64,000 bases of DNA, taken from the NCBI GenBank assembly GCA_963675745.2, contig CAXXWX010000010.1, positions 96,001-160,000 on the forward strand, read 5' to 3'. Below the pieces are notes generated by a model. The model searched no databases, was not told the DNA's origin, and worked only from the letters and a program-made list of their open reading frames with translations. Within the stretch, counting starts at the first letter, position 1; each line of letters opens with the position of its first letter. This document shows positions 59,128 through 64,000 of this stretch, piece after piece. Source of the stretch: Phycisphaerae bacterium. Lineage in GTDB: Bacteria > Planctomycetota > Phycisphaerae > UBA1845 > Fen-1342. The position numbers were made by a program, and so were the translations under genes.

Positions 59128-61064
59128 GACATCCTCTCGCGCACGCGCTCAATCGACTCGGGCAGGATGCTCTCGAGGTACTCGCACCCCTCGATGAACG
59201 CGCTCACAAACTCACGGTCGCGTTTCAGCCGTCGCAGTGCGGTCTCCGCCGTCTCCTGTTTCACCTCCCCCAATCGCCGATCGGCGGAGTAGCGGCGCAG
59301 CTCGGCGAGTTGCGAGACGCCCACGACCACCTTGTATGTCTGGTCGTATTTGCGAATGCGCGTGCGCGAATCATCGACGCGCGCGACCAGGCGATTGAAC
59401 TCCCCCGGCTGCTCGACCAGGCCCTCCAGCCGCTGAAGCACGGTAACGGTCGCGCGCGCGATCTCACGCATCGCGCGAACCTCATCCAGCCGCGTTTCGA
59501 GCTGGGCGATGGCCCGGTCTTTCAGCCCGGCTGGCGTTTCGCGCCCGGGCCCAATATCGAAGAGGTCGCGGGGAACGGCACGCGTGCAGAACTGCGCGCC
59601 GGCCTCGGCCAGTGTCATGATCTCCATGCCTTCAATCCGCATTCCGCCCTCGCAGGCATGGATGATCCGCCGATCGCAGCGGGCGAAGTCCGACTCGAAT
59701 TGCTCGGCGTATGTGAACATCTGATCGTCGGTGTACGCCGGTCGGCCGTGAATGTCCTCGGCGGGGCGCAGGATGCCGCGATTGCGCATCACGCGTTCCC
59801 ACTGCTTCATTTCCAGTGTGTTGAACAGGCCCAGCTCCGGTTGCCACATGCGTTCCACCGGCATGCCCGGGCTGTAATACAGCCCCTCGGTGAACGATAG
59901 ATCCTGCCCGAGAAAGATGACCGGATCGCACCCCAGGTATTCCGCCAGGTAGAAGCACAGGTGCGCGACCGTCGAGCCACCCTTTATCGCGTCGTGCGGC
60001 GGCGCGTCGCGGCGCAGCAGATCCTCGTGCAGCCGATGCCGCAGGAGGTGCATGCGCCCCGGGAACAGGTCGGGCACATACCAGGTGGCCTTGGGCTCGG
60101 CGACCAGAATCGACCGGCCGACCTCGCTGATGCCGCGGAAGAACTGCGCCGAGATCTCGTTGTAATCCAGGCTGGTGACGAAGTGCGGGGGCATGCCACG
60201 GGCCAGCAGATTGCGGAACACCGTTTGGACCGCGATGACCACGGCCCGGTCGGACCAGTGCGGCAGTTGGTCGATGTTGCGCGCCAACGACGGTCCGGCC
60301 GCCACGACAATCGCGGGAAACCCGCGGGCCCGGTCCTTCAAGACTTCAACGCCGGGATTCGAAAGGTAGGCCGCCAGGTTGAAAGCGATGTTCTTGGTCG
60401 TCACGCGCGCGTTGCGCAGCACGGTGACAATCTGGACCTTGCCGAACGCGATATAGTCGGTGATCAACTCGCGAATCTGTCCGTGAAACTGCACGTGGCA
60501 GCGCGTGCCGAACGGGGGGACCAGGTAGTGCAGCCCGAGCATGAGATCGGTGTTGATGCGCGTCAGTCGTTCGTGCAGGTGCGCCTTGTTGGCCATCGTT
60601 AGGAATGTCAGCCGCCCGTCCCCCAACGCCGCCGTCAGGTCAACCACGCAGAGTGCGGCCTTGATGAGCCGCAGGTCATCCTCGGCGACGATCAGCAGTG
60701 GGTGGTCATAACGCTCCTCCAGCGCTTCCAGGTGGTATCCGAGGCCTATCCCGGTCACCAGGAATGCGGGCAATTCGAGCGGCGGCTGGGCGTCAACCAG
60801 CCGCCGGGCTTCCTCGCGCGGGTGGTAACGGCTGTGGGCGTAAAGGCCGCGCTCGTCATCGGCGACCAGCTTGACGGTCAGGTTGCCGTCGCGCGTCCGC
60901 TCGAGCGGTGGAAGCTGTGCGAACGGCAGCTCGTCCACGCGCAGGGCCAGTTCCGGGTCGCTGCGATACAGCCGCGCCAGATTCGCCGCGTAGCATGACG
61001 TCAGGCGTTCGATCGAGCCGGCGTCTTTGGAGGCTTCGAGTTCCTTTTCAGCCATGCGCGCCAT
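59124..61064 (-). CDS. Motility-associated factor (Maf/DUF115) family protein
   Basis: HSRYHP..EA, G.GLGYH, IVVAAGPSLARN, GGSTVAH...LAEYLGCDPVIFLGQDLSF. Confidence 0.85.
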   Translation of the reverse strand: MARMAEKELEASKDAGSIERLTSCYAANLARLYRSDPELALRVDELPFAQLPPLERTRDGNLTVKLVADDERGLYAHSRYHPREEARRLVDAQPPLELPAFLVTGIGLGYHLEALEERYDHPLLIVAEDDLRLIKAALCVVDLTAALGDGRLTFLTMANKAHLHERLTRINTDLMLGLHYLVPPFGTRCHVQFHGQIRELITDYIAFGKVQIVTVLRNARVTTKNIAFNLAAYLSNPGVEVLKDRARGFPAIVVAAGPSLARNIDQLPHWSDRAVVIAVQTVFRNLLARGMPPHFVTSLDYNEISAQFFRGISEVGRSILVAEPKATWYVPDLFPGRMHLLRHRLHEDLLRRDAPPHDAIKGGSTVAHLCFYLAEYLGCDPVIFLGQDLSFTEGLYYSPGMPVERMWQPELGLFNTLEMKQWERVMRNRGILRPAEDIHGRPAYTDDQMFTYAEQFESDFARCDRRIIHACEGGMRIEGMEIMTLAEAGAQFCTRAVPRDLFDIGPGRETPAGLKDRAIAQLETRLDEVRAMREIARATVTVLQRLEGLVEQPGEFNRLVARVDDSRTRIRKYDQTYKVVVGVSQLAELRRYSADRRLGEVKQETAETALRRLKRDREFVSAFIEGCEYLESILPESIERVRERMS

Positions 61065-61319
61065 TGACCCGCCTGGACCCCGCGTCGTCAAGGGCAAAAG
61101 CCATACATCATCACGCGCATGATCGGCGCCGCGGGGCCGGCGACCGCCTGATCCGCGTATTCGACGTGGGGAAATTCCCGCCCGATTTCCACTCAAAGGA
61201 ATCCGCCGTCCTGCCGATGGGATATACGTCGTATTCTCTCACATGACGCCGCACGGGGCGTGTGCGCAGTGCGCCCGATCATTAGTCACTGCCAGAGACG
61301 ACCGCTGGAGATCAACGCG

Positions 61320-61598
61320 ATGACGACGGGAACGCCGACGGCCGGATGCATGCCGGTCACCAACGTGGGTGCCACGATACCTTTTGACGCGATTACCACG
61401 CCGGGCGCTTATGTGTGCGACTGGAGCGGTCACCTGTTGCGTGTTCCTGAAGAAGGCGTGTCGCCGAGCTGCACACCGATGATCAACATCATCGGCAACG
61501 CGCCACTGACCGTGACCAAGATCAGCGACAACCCGTTTCTGACAATCAGCAAAGCGAAGCTGATCGCGTCGAATTACCACCTCAACGTTGATTTCTAG
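61320..61598 (+). CDS. Small hypothetical protein
   Basis: GGAG RBS, 92 aa, coding-like codon usage, followed by a terminator. Confidence 0.7.
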   Translation: MTTGTPTAGCMPVTNVGATIPFDAITTPGAYVCDWSGHLLRVPEEGVSPSCTPMINIIGNAPLTVTKISDNPFLTISKAKLIASNYHLNVDF

Positions 61599-61635
61599 AC
61601 ACAGTCCTTCGCCACAGGCTCCCCAGCTGTGGAGT

Positions 61636-61671
61636 GGCCGGACGCAGGTTGGATCGCGTCCGGCTCTTTTT
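61636..61671 (+). terminator. Rho-independent terminator
   Basis: GCCGGACGC-loop-GCGTCCGGC followed by TCTTTTT. Confidence 0.75.
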
Positions 61672-61925
61672 ATGCGCGCCGAGCCCGTCTCGGCGACGCC
61701 GAACGAGCCGGGGGCCGGCGCCTTGGCGGTTCACGTACGACGGCCTCGGCCGGCTGATCGAGGCCTTGACGCCGCGCCGGTGTCCGCTGAGTGTCCGTTT
61801 TTGGGAGTCCAAAACAGTAAAAACCGTGTGAGAGTAGTAAACCACGGAGACTCGCCAAATCCCGATAGCCACGCGATGTAAGCCGTAAGTGGCGCTCCAG
61901 GAACAACTTAGCAACACGGGCCCGA

Positions 61926-61944
61926 TCGAATCCCGCCCACTCCG
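61926..61944 (+). other. Isolated tRNA 3'-end fragment (Ser-like), att-site remnant
   Basis: TCGAATCCCGCCCACTCCG is a T-loop plus 3' acceptor strand, with no 5' half upstream. Confidence 0.55.
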
Positions 61945-62160
61945 ATTACGTTTTGGGAACGCCAACCGCAGCGCGAAATGCCCGCACCGGGCATGACTCG
62001 CCGGCGTGATTCCGAGCTTGCCTCGCGCCAACGATGCTCCGTCGATCTGGTGCCCAAGGGGGTTCAATTCCATGGCACGCCGTCGGATCGCGAAGATCGT
62101 GTACAATTGGCACACGTCCGCGTCGGCGTGGAACGCCACGGCGACGGTGCCGTGGGACCC

Positions 62161-63071
62161 GAACGCCGGCTGGGCCATGGCCTGCAGCCGTTTGTTGGCG
62201 CCGATGCCGAACGTGTACGTCAGTCGGTTTTTCTCGCAGATTTTGTACATCGATGGCACGCCGAAGCCGCTGTCGCCGCGAACGTGAATCGCAAGGTCGC
62301 CGCGGGCGGCGTGCAGACGCTCGACCACGAATTCCAGGTCATCGTCGGCACCGTGAGCGGCGTGCACACTGCCCGGCCGCAGGGTGGCGTAGAACACGTG
62401 CTGCGTGGTCGGCTCGCTGATCACGATCGGGAAGTACTGGTGTTGCTCGTAGTAGCCGTGGAACAACGCCAATTGCTGCTGCCCGTGCGCCGGATCGTCG
62501 GTGGCGTCGAGATCGAGCGTGAGGCGATCGGGCAGTTGGCCTTCGTTCTTCTCGCGCAGCCGCTCGATCCCGGTCGCGACCAGGAAGTCGAGCGTTTGCC
62601 ACAGCGTGTCGATCGTGACGGCGTTCTCGAAACGCGATAGCGTGGGCTGGCTGGCGAGCGGATCGTCTTCGGGCAATCGATCGGCGACGATCTTGAAGAT
62701 CGGATCATCACGGAGCGTGTCGTGATCATTGCAGTCTTCGTAGTCGGCCAGGATTCCGTAGAGCCGCTGCCGCAGCATCTCGAGTTGCGTGTGCCGCGGC
62801 TCATGGCGATCGTCACGTAACCCCGCCGCCAGCCGCTGCGTAAACCGAAGCCGCTGATCCAACTGGCGAACCGGCAACAGCCCGGCGTCCGACGAGATTT
62901 GGCCGACATGACGCTGGACAACCAACTTGCGATCGGCGAAAAACGGCAACGACAACTGAGCATCACTGTGTTCAAACACCGGCGGCCTCCGTGCACGGTT
63001 CAACTCGTTCGGGCAAAACAAGTTAAACCACACGAAGGCCGCTCTTTCAACTCAACCGTGAATAATCCGGG
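62161..63071 (-). mobile_element. IS1380-family element, 3'-truncated (transposase from GTG 62979)
   Basis: SSDAGLL, GILADYEDCNDHDTLRDDP, LASQPTLSRFEN, LDLDATDD.HG.Q, VRGDSGF; left end CCCGGATTATTCAC at 63071; similarity lost below about 62160. Confidence 0.88.
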
Positions 63072-63109
63072 TTAGTGTCGTTTTCGGTCGAGCGTCTCGC
63101 GCGTGCGGC

Positions 63110-63135
63110 GTAGCGGCCTGCGCCCCGCAGGCGGT
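63110..63135 (+). repeat. REP-like palindrome (third copy)
   Basis: GTAGCGGCCTGCGCCCCGCAGGCGGT, near-identical to 43410-43435. Confidence 0.7.
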
Positions 63136-63270
63136 CGCTGTGGAACAGTGTCACCGACAGCCCAAGGCCGCCGTTGTGACGCAGCGTTCCCGACACCGGG
63201 CGGCCGGCTAGGCGCCGGGCTTCAGCTCCCCCTCTGGACCCGTGCGCCGAAATCCACTATCAAACGACAC

Positions 63271-64000
63271 ATGTTCACGCAGACTATCGCCAGCACAATG
63301 ACCGCCGCCGCCAGCTCCGTGCCCGCGCATGCAGATGAAGCCTCACGGATCTTGATCCAGAATCCCGCGGGCGTTCTGGCCGCACTGCTGACCTGTCTGG
63401 CGGTGATTTTCTGGCTCACTCAGCACCGGGTCTTCGGCAAAGTCTTCAAGGTTGTGCCGGCACTGGTCTTCTGCTACTTCGTGCCGACAACGCTGACCTC
63501 GCTGAGCATCATCCCCGCCGAGTCGCCGCTGTATAAGTGGATCAAGGCATTCGTGCTGCCCGCCGCCCTGTTGCTGCTGATCCTCGCGCTTGACGTACCC
63601 GGAATCCTGCGGCTGGGCCCCAAGGCAATCATCATGCTGCTGGCCGGGACGACCGGCGTGGTTCTGGGCGCGCCGTTGGCCCTGCTGATCTGCAAGGGCA
63701 TATTGCCTCCCGACGCTTGGCGCGGCATGACGGCGCTGTCCGGAAGCTGGATCGGTGGGGGCGCCAACTTTGTTGCGCTGGGCGATATCGCCGGCGCAAG
63801 CAGCAGCATGATGGCCATCATGGTCATTCCCGATGTGCTGGTTGCCAGTATCTGGATGGGTGTGTTGCTGTACCTGTCCGGGCAACAACACACGATTGAT
63901 CGCTGGACCGGGGCAAATGCCGCCGCGATTCGCGACCTGGAGACCCGACTCACCGACTTCCAGGAGCGCGTCAACCGCGTTCCCAGTCTGCCCGACCTGA
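63271..64000 (+). CDS. DUF819-family membrane protein (3'-partial)
   Basis: Frame is open from ATG 63271 to the window end: FKVVPALVFCYFVP, LPAALLLL, LGPKA, GSWIGGGANF. Absent from the ORF track because it has no stop. Confidence 0.85.
   Translation, partial: MFTQTIASTMTAAASSVPAHADEASRILIQNPAGVLAALLTCLAVIFWLTQHRVFGKVFKVVPALVFCYFVPTTLTSLSIIPAESPLYKWIKAFVLPAALLLLILALDVPGILRLGPKAIIMLLAGTTGVVLGAPLALLICKGILPPDAWRGMTALSGSWIGGGANFVALGDIAGASSSMMAIMVIPDVLVASIWMGVLLYLSGQQHTIDRWTGANAAAIRDLETRLTDFQERVNRVPSLPDL

Noticed and set aside
61582..62160. C-terminal part of the 483-aa ORF as transposase
   Set aside because: IS1380 similarity ends near 62160; the remainder is read-through into unrelated DNA.

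Overview
GC-rich bacterial DNA, probably a planctomycete (Phycisphaerae-like); this is inferred from gene content and style, not proven. Positions 1-3 kb are a mosaic of gene fragments (IS66 TnpA, macro domain, Ser/Thr kinase, frameshifted caspase, SPL-like radical SAM). Next come ATP-grasp and DUF1080 genes, a signal-peptide rubrerythrin with a complete sigma54/IHF/UAS promoter beside its two-component system, a GH116 hydrolase, tRNA-Thr(UGU) and a cluster of sensor kinases. The middle holds accC/accB/M24 peptidase, then rpmB-gatC-gatA converging on an archaeal-type gatE-gatD pair with no gatB in view. It continues with sulfatase-like/TPR, PEP-CTERM and PNGase F-like genes, imuA-imuB invaded by palindromic repeats, and nikR-nikMNQO. 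The right part has purU, an ECF sigma/anti-sigma pair, a Maf plus spiro-SPASM-like pair, RHS/att/IS1380 debris and a partial DUF819 gene. Best finding: two ORFs on the minus strand (52775-52455 and 52436-51342) are one reading frame broken by a single UGA, followed at once by a hairpin fitting the bacterial SECIS model. This predicts an 11-heme selenocysteine lipoprotein cytochrome, co-oriented with a tandem-rhodanese lipoprotein. No database searches were run; family calls rest on motif recognition.
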